Source: the human T2T-CHM13v2.0 reference genome, Homo sapiens
Length of the DNA: 64,000 nucleotides
Assembly (NCBI RefSeq): GCF_009914755.1
Contig: NC_060927.1
Strand: one strand, 5' to 3'
Both the position numbers and the translations under genes were made by a program. The notes below the pieces were generated by a model. The model was given only the letters and a program-made list of their open reading frames with translations, was not told the origin of the DNA and did not search any database. This document shows, piece by piece, positions 14,331 through 30,002 of this stretch; position 1 is the stretch's first letter, and the number at the start of each line of letters is the position of its first letter.

Positions 14331-15261
14331 TTTTGGCTTGTGCTTGATTTTAAGTTCTAAACACCAGATTGAGGGTGTCAGGTTTTGTCTTTGTTTTTGT
14401 AATGATTTTACCATCGATGAAAGCTGGCATCAGTCATCTGAGTGACACTGTCCCTTGAATGTTGCTTTCCCATAAAAAGAAAAACATTCAGAAGGTCAAA
14501 AAAAATTAATTGTAATAGCCATTAAGTAGAATAAGTTCATGATTATGGTAAAATACACTTTCGATGTGCCTGTTCCATTCAGAAATTAAAGGATGATCCA
14601 TTCTAATTTTTTTCTATTACTATGATTTAACAAAGCAAGAGTTAATTGGGAGATATATCTCATCCTTTTGAATTATCTTCCCTCTGGTGGAACTGAATTA
14701 GATGTGTTAATATTTATTGGTTAACATAATTATAGGCTGTGAGAACAATAATCACACACTTAAAATATTAAAAGTATGTGCCAAGAGAAGATGATGTCTA
14801 TAGTAGACGGTGTTGTGTTATAATTGAAAGGTACTTGAAAAGTCCTAGAAATGTAGACCGTTAATGCCCAACATTGATGTTTCTATTTTTGTTCAAAGCA
14901 AATTTCAAAACCTATAGAATCACCTGACTACTTAAAATAGGCTAGTAGGTCTGTGATTTCTCATTAGTCAAACATGTGTTGTAAGCTTTTTTGAATCCAT
15001 GTCTCTATCATCTTTGGAAGGCTGCTTTGACTCATGGTCTAGGAAAAATGATATATATGTGGAATGTTTATATGGTAAGAGGTTCCAAGGAGCTCCATTC
15101 TCAAAACAAGTCTGAAAAATGTGAGCTCTTGAAAATAGGTTTTGCTAAAGCATTTTCTTCCTTTTATTCTAGGGAGTATTTTCCGCTCCCAAATTTTCTG
15201 ACTTTAGTTATGTTCACTTACTAATCCCTATATTGATTTTGGAAATTTGGCTTAATTCCAC

Positions 15262-15640
15262 ATATTCATTGATTCATTGATTCATTCACCTAACATTTGA
15301 TGAGATCCTCCTCTGGATCAGTCATTGGAGATTTAAAGGTTAGTATCAACAGGTCTTTCCTTTAGAGTGATATTTAATCTTACAGAAGAGATAAGCCCGT
15401 AAGTAACCCAAAGGGACACAGGAGAAGGGCTTCAATGTGCTACTTAAATTGTCACGTAAATCACCACGTGTCAAAATTATTGGGAGATAAAATACAGGAA
15501 TACCAACATTGTACCTTATACCTTTCAGTGTCAGAGAGGACTGCGTAGAGCAGGCAGTATTTGAGCTAACTTGGCTTAAAGTGTTACGGGAAGGGCATGG
15601 GATTCAAGGTGCAAGAATAACAAGAGTGAGAAAGTCAAGG
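15262..15640 (-). mobile_element. L2 fragment
   Basis: (CATT)n-like tail attcattgattcattgattcattca followed by L2 3' motifs. Confidence 0.5.
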
Positions 15641-15784
15641 AACGTGGAAAGTGAATATTATTTGAAGAATAAGTTTGTCTAATGGGGTATGTAAAGTGTA
15701 AATGGGATTACTGCTGAAAAACTCAAACTTAGTAGTACCTAAGTAGCCCTTTTGATGCCCAAGGGCTTTCATTGTTAGAAAGAG

Positions 15785-16078
15785 AAATTTACAGGGGGAT
15801 AGCAACAGTGTTACTGGCTGCAGTGATTTTGGGGTAATGACTTTAGCTTACAGCTACTTTATAAAAAAATCCTCCATGACGCTGCATGGATTTATGCAAT
15901 TAAATTACATTAGTGTTTGAAACCAAAATTTCTAAACATTTTAAATGTGTTTGTCAGGGAGTAGTTTTAGAAGAACAGATGTGAAAAGTTCAGAGGTGAT
16001 CCTGGAGTGAATTGCAGACAAAATGTGATCATAGAATATCAGAGCTTTAGTGGGCCTTCCAGCTCACTTAGCCAAACT
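15785..16078 (+). repeat. Dispersed duplication, source copy
   Basis: Same sequence as 13439-13730; runs into a MIR that continues only at this copy. Confidence 0.95.
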
Positions 16079-16165
16079 CTTATTTTACAGATGGAAAGCT
16101 TTTGCCCAGAGAGGGAAAGAACACACTCAAGGAGGCTCATTTAGAGACAGTTTCAGTGATTCTTT
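16028..16165 (-). mobile_element. MIR/MIR3
   Basis: atcatagaatatcagagct...ttattttacagatggaaag...gcccagagaggg. Confidence 0.65.
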
Positions 16166-16771
16166 GTATTTTCCCCGAACTATGACACAAAGGCCCAGCT
16201 TGATGATAACCACGACCAGGGGAGAGTTTGGTTTCCTTTAGTATCACAATTGGTTTATTCCAAAAAGTCTTTCTTTTATGGCGTCTTCTTTAAAATAAGT
16301 CTCAAACACATAACAAAGAATTAGGCATATCAAAGACGTACTTCAATGGTAAACAGAAAACTTATGACGTTGTAACATCTTTAAGCTAGTATATATTTAA
16401 ACCCAACCCATTAGGTAGGCATGATTTGTTAGTATAAGTACAGCTTAGCCTCTAGAAGCTATGCAGGGGTTGGAACGAAATTCTGTCTATTTCTTAGAAG
16501 ACAAGAGATCAATCATGAACTAATGACTTTTGTGTTCCTTCTTTTATCAGAGTTAGGGTACAGTATTCATCTTCTAGTTTCTAGTACAGGGCTGTCTTTT
16601 TTTCCCCAAGTAAGTTTGGTAGGATTGGAGCTGATGACTGAGTGACTTGGAACACTTTTCAAATAAACTGTCTTACGTTAATATTTCATGGTAGCTGGAG
16701 ATTTAGTAATTTGTGAATCAAGTTGCTTTTGAATTGATTAAATGGGCTTTCACTATCCTCATTTAGACTAG

Positions 16772-18068
<1,297 letters not shown>

Positions 18069-21000
18069 ACTAATATGAAAAATTTGGAGATATTTTGAAA
18101 ATAAGAATAGGGTGGGGCATAGTTTGATAGCCTCGTCTCCAAGTTTGCCAACGGGAAGAGCATTGGCTTCTTGATTCCCTGAGGTCCCCTCTCTGAAAGG
18201 AGCTCCATTTATGTGAACCTGTCCACGTTACCAGTTTGTGCTTCCTTTTGGTTATTTCAAAAATGGGCAGGGTAACTACACTCCATTCCCCCTTTTCAAA
18301 AGATAGAATAGTATTCTCAAGCTACAAGAAATAAGATGATGGCTCAAAGCAACAGCTCACACAGTCATTCCCATTTCATTTTGGGATTGTTAGCTTGTGT
18401 CTGGAGTTTGGTTTAAAACTTCAGGCCTTTGAAGGTTGGGGGCTGGTCCTTTCTGAATGCTGTTCATCCTATAAACGATATATTTAATTCCTCACTTTAA
18501 AAACTATTCTAACTTCTTAGTCTATTTGGAAACTGAGTACTGAAATGCTGTGTGGTCATATGGACACATCGTTAGCTGCAGTCCCAGCACTCCCACACTG
18601 GGTTCCTTTCATAGAGCAATAATGTATGAGGCAACCTGAGAAATTATTTCAGGTATATGTGTGTTGTATTTAGAGCTTTTTATAAGAATTCATGTGGTCT
18701 GAGGGCTTGGGTGCAGTGTAATCAGGGTGGAGTCTTGTGGTGCCCTGGATCTTCCCTTCTCATGTGTTCTGTGTTCTAGCTTGCAAACGCCATGAGGAGC
18801 TGCAGGGGAGATTAATTAGTAATTAAAATGTTTAATGCTTCATATTATTCAATGCAAGTCAAACATGTAGGCTACTGGGAGATGAAAACTACAACATGCT
18901 GATACTGTGTGATGAGACATAGACTGTCCCTACAGACTAGAAACTTTGCTGTTTCTGGCAAGGCTGCTTGGGACTTGAGATAGGAACTGGGTAATAAATA
19001 CTCTGTTGAAAAAGAAAATAGGTGTGGATAGTGGCATCTTCCTCCTCCTATATTCTCTTAGGAAAAATTTAGGAGCTTTTCATGATTTGCTGAGAAATAG
19101 ATTTGTCTATGTATTGGCATTGTCTGCTTAATAATAACTTTCTTTGAGAGCTATGGTAAAAGTTGAAACCTTGTAGAAACCTCTGGTATGTGATGTTAAG
19201 TGGAATACAGTAAAATAAAATTTGCAAAACACCATTTTAAAAGAGAAAGGGATCTTATTCTTCACAATGCCCATGTTTTACTTAGAGGATCTGTGTTGTT
19301 TTGAATTATCCTGTACCCGCCAGAAAACTTCAACAGTTAAATAACAATGATTTGGGGGTGGAGGAGTGGTTAGCTGACTCAGAGTTGCATGCCATGACTT
19401 TTATGACAGGCAATTAATTTTTAGATGGTATATAATTGCATTTCAATAACATTTATACCTCATCATTTTTTTAGAAGATGATGTGTTTGTGTCATGCGTA
19501 ATAAGCATAATCAACGTTAGCTTTAAATAAATTTTGTTTTGAGTGCCATGAAAATGTAACATTTTCAGAGTGGAAATTTAGCCTAAAAATCTACCTTGCA
19601 TTGCACCTCTACAAAGCTTTTGCCCAAAAATATTCATTTCATTTGTCCCAGTGTAAGAGCTGGCTCTGAATGTATCTTAGCTCCTAGTGGGGATAGGGGA
19701 GGGCAGCTGAGCAGATAGCTGCTGAGTGCCATGGGGTGTTCATTCAGCTAAAGCATGGGAGGGGGTTGTCTTCTGTGGTTCTCTAGCCATGGTCCTTGTG
19801 GTAGCCTTTAACTGTGATTTGTTTGTTTGACCTTGATGAGTCCTTGGCTCCGAGATGATTATGTTACATTACACTGAATCACTCAATCCAACATTGGTTT
19901 GAAAAGAAACGAACAAAGCTGCCTGTTGAGTTTCTCTATTTTACAACAGTATCTCAGTGGAAATAATCAGTCCTATGTCTATGCAGAAGCACACATCACA
20001 TTTGCAAAATTAAAGAGTGTTCTTGTTAGGACTGGTTTCTCTGTTTCTTTCTTCCTCTCCCACTGTTTAAATATCTATTTTGGTGGTAGTGTTAGTATGA
20101 AACCCCATAGTTCCTTTCTTTTCTTTTCTGATTTAAAAAGCAAATAAACAAGAAAACACAAGTCTAGCTATGTTTTTTAACTCAAGATGACTAGATATAA
20201 CCACAGCAAATATGTAGGATTGTTGTGTTTTAAGAGAAAAAGCCGTGTCTCAGATAATTTGTAGTCATTGTTTTGTCCATTTTGACATCTACTTCTTTAT
20301 ATACTTTATAGCCAAACTAGAGTTTAGTGATAATAAGGATGATCTCTAGACAGAAGGTTGGAGGTGGTTAATAACTCATCCTACATATCACAATTTTTCA
20401 TGGTGAGTAACTGGTTTGCCCTCCACACAAAATATCACATTGGAATGTAACTGCTAAGGTTCTTCACACTATGGAAAAATTACCAGTAAAGTTAAACACT
20501 GCCTTTCAGTGGGTATATTAATTATAAAGACAAAACTATAGTTTATGTTGCATAATTTGAACATACATATTTCCTTATGAATCTGTAAGCTGGAACTATT
20601 GAAATGAAATATACAAAGTGAGCACGTGTTGCTGTTGAGCCAGCAGTTACAGTTTTCATTTACAAATGCGGACAGAACCATTTGCTCATTTTGGTCTCTC
20701 TGCTTTGGGTCCTGCACTCACACTCCAATATGCACCTAAGTTATGGGGTCATGTTGAGGTTCCAGACTGCAGAACGGGATCGAATTATGTTTCATTGTAT
20801 TGAGTCACAAATATTTCAATGTAAAGTAAAAATTTTGGAAGTTTTACGTAACAGAATATACCTTACAGGAACAATAGATAGGTATAAAATGACTTCGGTT
20901 TGCATAACAAAGAAATAATTGTGATGAGTACCAGACTGTGAAGTCCCTGAGGCAAGGTTATCATTTGTTTTCTGGCACATGAGAGGCATACAAATTTATT

Positions 21001-21562
21001 TTTGCTGAATAAATAAATATTGTCTTCAAATCTTTACATTTCCATTCTAGAAATATGCTAAAAAAGCTAATCTGTAATAGATATAGAGTTAGCACATGAC
21101 AAAGTTATAGCTGCTTTGTGATTTTTTTAAAATAAAGAACATGTATTTGCATTAAGAAAAATAAGTGTGGCCGAAGTGAATATTTTTTTATAAGAGCAAC
21201 CTAATGGTAACCAATGTTTCATCCAAAATTTTCAGCTATACTCTTATATTGCCTTATATCACTTGATGACAATGTATTTTGTTAAGAAGATGATGTTATC
21301 ATGAGGTATAATTCAATATTATATCAATTCTGTTACTGTTGAGATAACATAAGAAAGAAATATCAACTCTTTTTCTATATTCTCCACAGAACTGAGGAAA
21401 ACAGAGGACTATTATGTTATTATTTCCTAAATAAAGACCAATATGATAAATTCCTTATATTCAGTGAGAGGAAAGAAGTTGCTTACCGAATGTACTGATA
21501 TATGCTTCCTTTTTTCAGAAAACAACAACATCAACCAAAACACCTGTATAATTATTACATGA

Positions 21563-21923
<361 letters not shown>

Positions 21924-23129
21924 CTAAGATTCACCTCTTCCTTCCTTTACCAATTTATTTCTGATACTTCTTGACCCAGTATTTCAAATGTGATAAATAT
22001 ATGCCAATTATAAAGCATTTCAAAACCAATTAATTGTCTAAATCTAAGTCATGCTTTTTAAGTGGAAATAAACTTTGTGTCCATACACATATATTTGCCT
22101 ATAAACATCTTAAAAATATATCTAAACTTCGGACAATTTTAAAAAGAGAGTATTGAATTTTAAATGGATTCTTTGCTTATATTGATGGTAAACAGTGGAT
22201 CCATTAAAGTAGCATATTCTGCTGGTGTAAATAAAATATAAGATTTAAAGTGGGTTAAAAAGATATAATATTTACTTGTTCCTTTTAAGAAACAAGTTGA
22301 AGAAACAATAAAGCTTGAAGCCTGTATAGTCAGATATATGAACCCATAAAGTAAATCATTTGTGAAGTGTCTTGAACTCTTTCTAATTTCATCTTGATGT
22401 TGTACTGCTTATATGAAAATGCTGAAAAATGTTACTTCTTAGATACTGCTAGAGGTGCTAAGCTTCTTACCATTCAGGAATCTTCTTCTTGGCTCTCTCC
22501 GTCACCCAGCCAACACAGAGTTATGTTTTATTTCCCAAATGGCCAACTTATGTTAACTTGATGCTTACCAAGGCAGTCCAAGCCAGGAAACAATTTTTAT
22601 AAACAGCATCCTGGATGACTTAATATTCTATGTAATATTAATTTTAGAGCTTTTTCTCCCATCATCTAGTCTAGCATAGCTAAAATTATGATGTTTAACT
22701 TTGTTGATCTACAGTCACTTGTGAATGAGATCTCCCAACCAGGAAGGAAGGAAAGATAGGAAAATCAGAGTGGTCTGTTTGCAGCTGTGCTAGCACATGT
22801 TTCCTTGAGTGCCTTCTGAAGGAAGAGTGGATAGAGATGTATCTTTCAGGGCCATTGCCTTTCTAGCATTATTGATCGTATCACATGGGCAAAAGAAAAA
22901 GAAACAATAGATTTTATGACAAAAGTTATGTAAAAAGGGGCTGAAATCAGTATTTTGAAAGTTGTGACTAATTAACAGTGGCTTTCTGAGAAGTGAGATG
23001 GGATTCAAGACAGTGGCCATTGTGTATGTATTTCTAAGAGCCATCTGGATGCTCCTTTTTATTTGTGTTTTTGGCTTATTCACTCATTTATTCCTTTATT
23101 CACTGATTACTAATTGAATACAAAGTCTC

Positions 23130-24735
23130 TGTCGATTTGTTCAAAGATATTAAAGAAGCCCTAAATCTATGGAAAGACATCTTCTGTTGATTAGTTGCAA
23201 GATGTAATATTGTTAAGTGGGATACTCCCCAATTTGATATATAGATGCAAAGCAATCCCTATCAGAATCTAAGCTGGCTTCTTTGTAAGAATTGACAAAC
23301 ATCCTTAAATTCACGGATGTTCAAGGGACCCAGAATTGCCAAAATCATCTTGAAAAAGATGAGGAAGTTTCCGACACACACTTCCTAGTTTCAAAACTTT
23401 CTTTCAAATGACAGCAATCAAGCAGTGTGATATTGGCCTAAGATATACATAAAGATCAATGGAGTAGAATTGAGAGTCCAGAAATAAACCATTATGTTTA
23501 TGGACAATTGATTTTCAACAGGGTGTTGTGACGTTCAAACAGGGAAAAAATAGTTTTCTCAACAAATGATGCTGGAACCACCAGATATCTACAAAGAGTA
23601 AAGCTGGACTCCCTACCTCATAGTGTAAGACACAAATGTAAAGGATAAAACTATACAACTTGTAGAAGAAAATATAGAAGTGAGGTTCATGAAATTGGGT
23701 TAGTCAGTGGTTTCTTAAACATGACATCAAAGCACAAACAACTGAAGAAAAAATAGATGAGTTGGACTTCCTCAGAATTAACCAAATTTGTGCTTCAAAT
23801 GACACCATCAAGAAAGTGAACAAACAATCCATGGAATTTGCAAATCATGTATCTGTTAAGGGGCTTATATCTGGAATATATTAAGATTCTTACAACTCAT
23901 TAAGAAAAAGACAGCCCAATTAAGTAAGAAACAAAGTATCTGAATAGACATTTCCCTAAGGATATACAAGTGGATAATATGCCTAGGAAAAGATGCTGGA
24001 CATATTTATTGATCAAGGAAATGCAAGTCAAACCACAACGAGATATCACTTCACGCTCACTAAGGTGGCTATAATAAAAAAAGACAACATGTGTTGGCAA
24101 TGTGGTAGAGAAATTGAAAACATCATACGTTGCTGGTGGATTGTAAAATGGCATAGCCCTTTTGGAAGCAATCTGTCAATTCTTCAAAATTGGTCATAGT
24201 TACCACATGACCAAGCAATTACATTTCTATTTATGTATCCAAGGGAATTAAAATATATGACCACACAAAGACCTGTATAGAGATGTTCATAGCAACATGA
24301 TTCATAACAGCCTAAAAGTGGGAACAACCTAAATATCTATCAGTTGGTGAATGGATAAACAAAATGTGGTGTATCCATACAATTGAATATTACTCAGCCA
24401 TAAAAAGGAACGAAGCTCTGCAACATGCTACGATATGGATGAACCTGGGAAACATTATGCTATACGAAAGAAACCAGACAAAAGCGACCACAGTTTATGA
24501 TTCCATTTATATGAATGGGCAAATCCAGAGACCCAGAAAGATGAGTGGTTGCCAGTGGCCAGGGGGAGGGGACAATACAGAGTGGCTACTAATGGGTACA
24601 GGATTTCTTTTGGAAAGGTGATTAAAGTATTCTGGAATTTGCTGCACAATTCTTTGAATATACTAAGAATCACTAAATTGTGCATTTTTAAAGGGCATAT
24701 TTTATGGTATGTGAATCATGTCTTAACTAAAAAAT
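23130..24735 (+). mobile_element. L1MB-type 3' fragment (decayed ORF2 end plus 3' UTR)
   Basis: ORF2 remnants (TTRYHFTLTKVAIIKK; MWCIHTIEYYSAIKRNE) and 3' UTR ctaatgggtacaggatttcttttgg. Confidence 0.88.
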
Positions 24736-26067
24736 TTGTTTTAAAAGGCTCTGTATTGAATAATTTGCCTAGAATACACACATGGCATTGGGAGTGGCCT
24801 CCACTCTGAATAAGCTTACAATCTCTTGGGGAAAAATGCAATCTAACAGTTATAGTACTTAAGCGTACATGGTAAGAAAGAAGCACATGGAGGGTGCTTA
24901 TTGAATGGGAAAAGGAAGAAATCTACCTGGATGATCACAGAAGGTGTTTGGTGGATAGGGAGTATTTGCAAGAAGAATCCGACTCTCGTGTAGCTTGAGA
25001 AAGCAGAATGAAAACCCGTATCTAGGAACTGAGGAAGGCAGTCAGCAATGTAAGGTCAATATTTTTCTAAAAGTAATGGCAGCTGAAGTACAACTTAGGC
25101 TGCCTGAGAAGAGAGCAAGTTTTCCTTCATTGGAGCATTTGAAATGACACTCTGGTATTTACAAGGTGAATTATTCACACTCTTTAAATCTCAGTGTTCT
25201 GAGTTGATAACACATTTCAGAGTTGACATGAGGACCACAAGGAATAATAAGTGTGTGTTTAATGTGAAAATACAATATCTTGTACATAATAAACAGTTAT
25301 TACTGTTGGTCTCACCACCAACATCATTATCAAATGAATCTTGGCAGTAATTCTGGGAAAGGAATTTAGGCAACAGATGGGAGCTCATTTGAATGATGCT
25401 AGGATTTCATGGTACTCCCATTGTTGGTTACAGAACTCCAAGAACTCTCATTCTTGGAGTCTTCTGTTTCCTCATATAAAACTTGGAAGGAAGAACAGAA
25501 GACCTTCATTCTGTTCCAGGCCCTTAAATTGATTATTTCTGTGCCTAAAGCAAACTGCTCAGCCTCAATCATGACTTTGCACAATTTGCTGTGATACCTG
25601 GTATAGATGTTTCATTTGTTAAAGTTGTTACTGACAAGAACCTCCAATGACCTTGGAACATGACCTGGCCCCTGTGGGTATCAGTAGAATTTTGGTGAAC
25701 ACTGAGAAGTCTCTGAGTTTCTTTCAATCTGGGCTTCTTTCAGTTGGTTTGCAAACTGGACTTGTGGAATTAGATGATCTCTCATGCCCATTCTATCTTT
25801 GAGTTGGTATTATTTTTGCCCCGTATTAAAGAAAAACTATATTGATATTTCTTTCTTTGCTTTTGTTATTTCACTATAGAAAATTTTGTTTTAACATTCG
25901 GTTGGAGTTGATGATATACAACCCAATTATATGGATTTGTTATATGCAAACATAAGGAAGTATTCACAAATTTAAAGACCAAGTTCATGTTGTTCAAGAT
26001 AATGTGAACCCAAATTCATTGTGCTCAGGATAATTTGGAACTAATTTCATAGAGTTTAAGATATATT

Positions 26068-26290
26068 ATAGTAATTAAAATCATGGATTTTGGGAGCACA
26101 CTCCCCTGACTCTAAATATGTGGCCTGGGATGTCACTTAAACATTTTGTGCCTCAGTTCTTTTATCTCTATAATGAAGACCATTATAGTATCTATCTCCC
26201 AGGATTGTAATGAGGACTAAATGAGTTTCCATGTATAAAGCACTTGAAACAGTGTTTGACATATTTAGCACCATATGCATTAGAAGATCT
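26068..26290 (+). mobile_element. MIR
   Basis: gtgcctcagttctttt...aggattgtaatgaggactaaatgag...taaagcacttg. Confidence 0.75.
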
Positions 26291-26740
26291 TATTGTTAGC
26301 TGCGTGCTTATTCTTAAGTTGTCTGAGTTACTGCTTTTATATAAGAAGATTGACTTATAAATTTGGCCCATGATGTCCCATCCAACTCTCTGAAATAGAT
26401 TATCTACCTCTTTTCAGCTGGGCATCTTACTTATGATATCTGAGGACATCTCTCTGTTCTTGTGCTTTGCCCAGCCCCCTTTGGTTTCTAATGCATGGAG
26501 CCAAAAGCTACAGCTAGAGCCATAATGGTCTTGTCCTACCATCTGAAAGACATGTTGATTGCTAGAATGTTTCTGTGGTTAACAAGATAATTCCTCTGAT
26601 AAGTGAACAACCTTCACTTAAATGCAAAAATTATGACTCATAGATTATTAATTTGTCACAATTTACTAAACCTATCATTGGCCTATTGATGTAAGTTATT
26701 CTTGTCACGCTTCACCTACCCAGACGCTAAAGCATGTAAA

Positions 26741-26897
26741 GCAATAGTTAAGTTTATTGTTCATCTGATTGACCTGGAGGGCTTGTTAAATGCCATTACT
26801 GGGCTCTACCTTATGTTTTCAATTCAGTAGGGCTGGAGTGAGGCTCAATAATTTGTATTTCAAGTGTTGCTCTGGTGTGGACCACACTTTGTGAACC
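26741..26897 (-). mobile_element. MER5A-like MITE
   Basis: acctggagggcttgttaaa...ggaccacactttgtgaacc. Confidence 0.7.
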
Positions 26898-27186
26898 CTT
26901 TAAAGCTTCTTGTCAGTCACATGTTTGTAAGCAGCACTGTCTTCCTCTGTTCTCTTATTTCTATAGCTGCACACCCTTAAGGCTTGCCCTAGTGTCAAAA
27001 GTGGATGCTAGTTTTATGTCTTTTTTCTAGAGGAGGAAAAACCATAACCTAGAGAAGTATCTTTCCCTGCATACATAGTACATTGACAGAATCTGGAAGA
27101 TGCCCTTTAAAAAAAAAAAAAGTAAAGATTTGTACCTGCCATTCTTTCTTTCAGAATTGTAAATTTATGTTTATTGATATTAAATA

Positions 27187-27480
27187 TGCCTGTAATCCCA
27201 GCACTTTGGGAAGCTGGGAAGGGCGGATCACCTGAGGTCAGGAGTCCAAGACCAGACTGGCCAACATGTTGAAATTCTCTTTCTAATAAAAATACAAAAA
27301 TTAGCTGTGCATGGTGGCGGGCACCTGTAATCCCAGCTACTTAGGAGGCTGAGGCAGGAGAATTGCTTGAACTCAGGAGGTGGATGTTGCAGTGAGCCGA
27401 GATTGCACCCCTGCACTCTAGCCTAGGTGACAAGAGCGAAACTCCATCACACACACAAAAAAACAAAAACAAAACAAATA
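27187..27480 (+). mobile_element. Alu (AluS), slightly 5'-truncated
   Basis: tgcctgtaatcccagc...aaactccatc followed by a (CA)n/A-rich tail. Confidence 0.93.
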
Positions 27481-27630
27481 AAAATTGTATAGATTTATGG
27501 TGTAGAACATGATGTTTGATATATGTATACATTGTGAAATGGCTAAATCAAACTAATAAAAATTTGCATTACCTCCCATATTTATTTTTTGTGGTGAGAA
27601 AACTTAAAATCTCCCAACAAATTTATAATA
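27481..27630 (-). mobile_element. L1MA 3' end fragment
   Basis: aattgtatagatttatggtgtagaacatgatgtttgatatatgtatacattgtgaaatgg. Confidence 0.8.
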
Positions 27631-27654
27631 CACTTGCATCTGCAATTCTTGAAA

Positions 27655-27860
27655 GAACTATTAGGTTTGGAAAACTAGAATTCCGAATTCAGTTCTGCCA
27701 TACCTAGAAACGTGAATGTCAACTGTTTGATCTCTCTGAACCTCATTTTCTTTGTCCATGATATTAATACCTCCTCTGCTTATCATATATGATATTGTGA
27801 GAAGTAAATGACACATTGTACATTAAAGTGCTTTGTGAACTATAAAGCGCTATACAAAGA
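27655..27860 (+). mobile_element. MIR
   Basis: ctctctgaacctcattttc...aaagtgctttgtgaactataaagcgctatacaaa. Confidence 0.7.
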
Positions 27861-28859
27861 TTATTTTGCATTCTCATCCCAGTTGTCACACACAATATCT
27901 TGTTAAACATCATCTGTTTTATGATAGGCACATCCTTCTCTCTCTCAGCTAGGGTAAATATTGACTTTTCTAACTGTTTTCAGGAAGGAAATAGTGCACT
28001 GTGAACTACTTGCTTTGTGCACAGAATCCTTTTATTTCCCTCCTGTGATTATTTTTTCTATTCTAGTCTCTTGCTTTTTAAAGTAAACAATTAAGAAGCT
28101 TGTCATTTAGCCATTTATGCATCTAAACACTTTTGTATATGTGAGATGTGGTCACAAACATAAACATATATTATGAATTTTTCTCATAACATCCTTTTAT
28201 GCAAGACATCCTACACACCACATGTATTAAGAATGAAGTGAGTTGCTGTTTTGCCTGAAATGCATTATTTTTTGTTTTTGTTTTTGTTTTTGACGTTTGA
28301 CTTGGAAAAGGGAGTTGAATTGAGCCAAGAGCAATGGGTCCTCTTCCCAGTTGTGTAACCAGCAGGTTGTGTTAGGTAAGTCAGCTCCTTTCTTGAAGCC
28401 TCAGGTACATTTGTACATAGATCGAAATCTAGTCTTTTCTCATGCCTTCCACTCTCAATGTCTGTGTTCTCAGCGTTAAAAGGAAGTTTCAGAAGATGAC
28501 CTTCACCTTGATGAAGAAGTCCGAACAGAGTATCCCCATTTATCTATCTCTATTCTGCTAAGATACTTTTCTTTTCATGCCTCAGGTCTGACTGCTCTTT
28601 GCAATTCAGCCTGTTGCAGTGAAGCTCTGACATGTCTTTCCTTTAGGATGTGACTGGTCTTCACTAGGACTCTCAATTTCTTAGGGCTTACGTTTCTGTT
28701 AGTATGATCGGAAATAGAAGAGGCCATGTCCTGCCTTTAATCCCCTGGGATAGAGATGTTGGTGGATTGGGGGATTGAGGGGTGGAGAGGCTTTTATTTT
28801 TTTAGTGAGTCTTTCCCTTTAGTGATTTTCAGAGCATCTCCCTATTAGTGCACAGTAAG

Positions 28860-29440
28860 AAGTATTTGTTCTTTTTGCCATGCAACAAATTGCTTAAAAA
28901 CCAAGCAGCTGAAAACGCATATTTTCTCTTTGTTCTTGGTGAGACAGGAATCTGTATATAGCTTAGCTGGACCACCAACTTCTTGGTCTTTCACAAGGCT
29001 GCAATCAAGGTTTTGACTCAGTCTGCACTTGTATCTGAAGGTTCAACGGGAAAACGATCAGCTTCCTTGCTTAGGTGGTTTTTAATTTTTTTATATGGTT
29101 CGATTTCTTCCAGGCAGTTGCATAAAGTGCTTTAGTTTATATCTGGTTGTTGGCTGGAGTCTATCCTCAGTTATTTGTCATGGGAGCCTCTCCATGTGGC
29201 ATCTCACTACATCAAAGCATGGAAGCTGAGCAAGCAATAGGTAGAGTTTGATTACAAGATGGAAGCCATAATCATTTGAAACCTAAATGTGGAGGGGACA
29301 GCCCATCACACTTATCATAGTCTGTTTGTTTGAAGTAAGTGACTAGGATTAGCCCACACTAAGAAAGATGGCATTGTAAAAGAATGTGAAGCCCAGGAAT
29401 TAAGAATACTAGGGGGAATCTTATAAACCTGCCGATCACA
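28860..29440 (-). mobile_element. MLT1 (E/F-like) MaLR LTR
   Basis: gcttagctgg...caaggctgcaatcaagg...ends cctgccgatcaca. Confidence 0.7.
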
Positions 29441-30002
29441 AAAGAGAGTGAGGTTAGACTTACTGTCCACAGGGATTTAGTGCAAATGTAAGTTTATTTG
29501 TAGAATCTGTCAAGTCAGAAAGCAGAGGAGGCATGTGGGGTATCATGAGAAGAATAGAATCTGGAAGGAGTAACAGGTAATGAAAGGTACTAACAGATGT
29601 AGGAAGAACTCCAGAATTTAAGAAAGTTATACCTGAATGTGGTTTAGGAGGTCTTTTGATCTAACCACCTCCATTTCTCAAGGAGTCCAAAGCATATAGA
29701 GGGCCTTACTCAGGCCAGAAGTTGTGGCTGAACAATGAGTTGGAACAAAGTCCACAAACTCCTGACTTAGTACAGATTTTCAGCTTGATGTAATGAATAT
29801 AGCTCTGGATTTGGAGTGAAAAGATACACATGTTCAACTTCTGATTTGCCTCTGAGTGGCTGTGTCACCCTGAGCAAGTGATAAGTAAAGGAAGCTTGAT
29901 ATATGGTTACCCAGTTTATAACATGAAGCTATCATTATCATGTATATTCATTTATGTCTGATGAACATATTAACTTTTCTTTATGAAAATTCTTTGTAAG
30001 CT

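Noticed and set aside
28366-28382. TAG|GTAAGT recursive-site-like motif
   Set aside because: It has no real pyrimidine tract and lies within MIR-like sequence.
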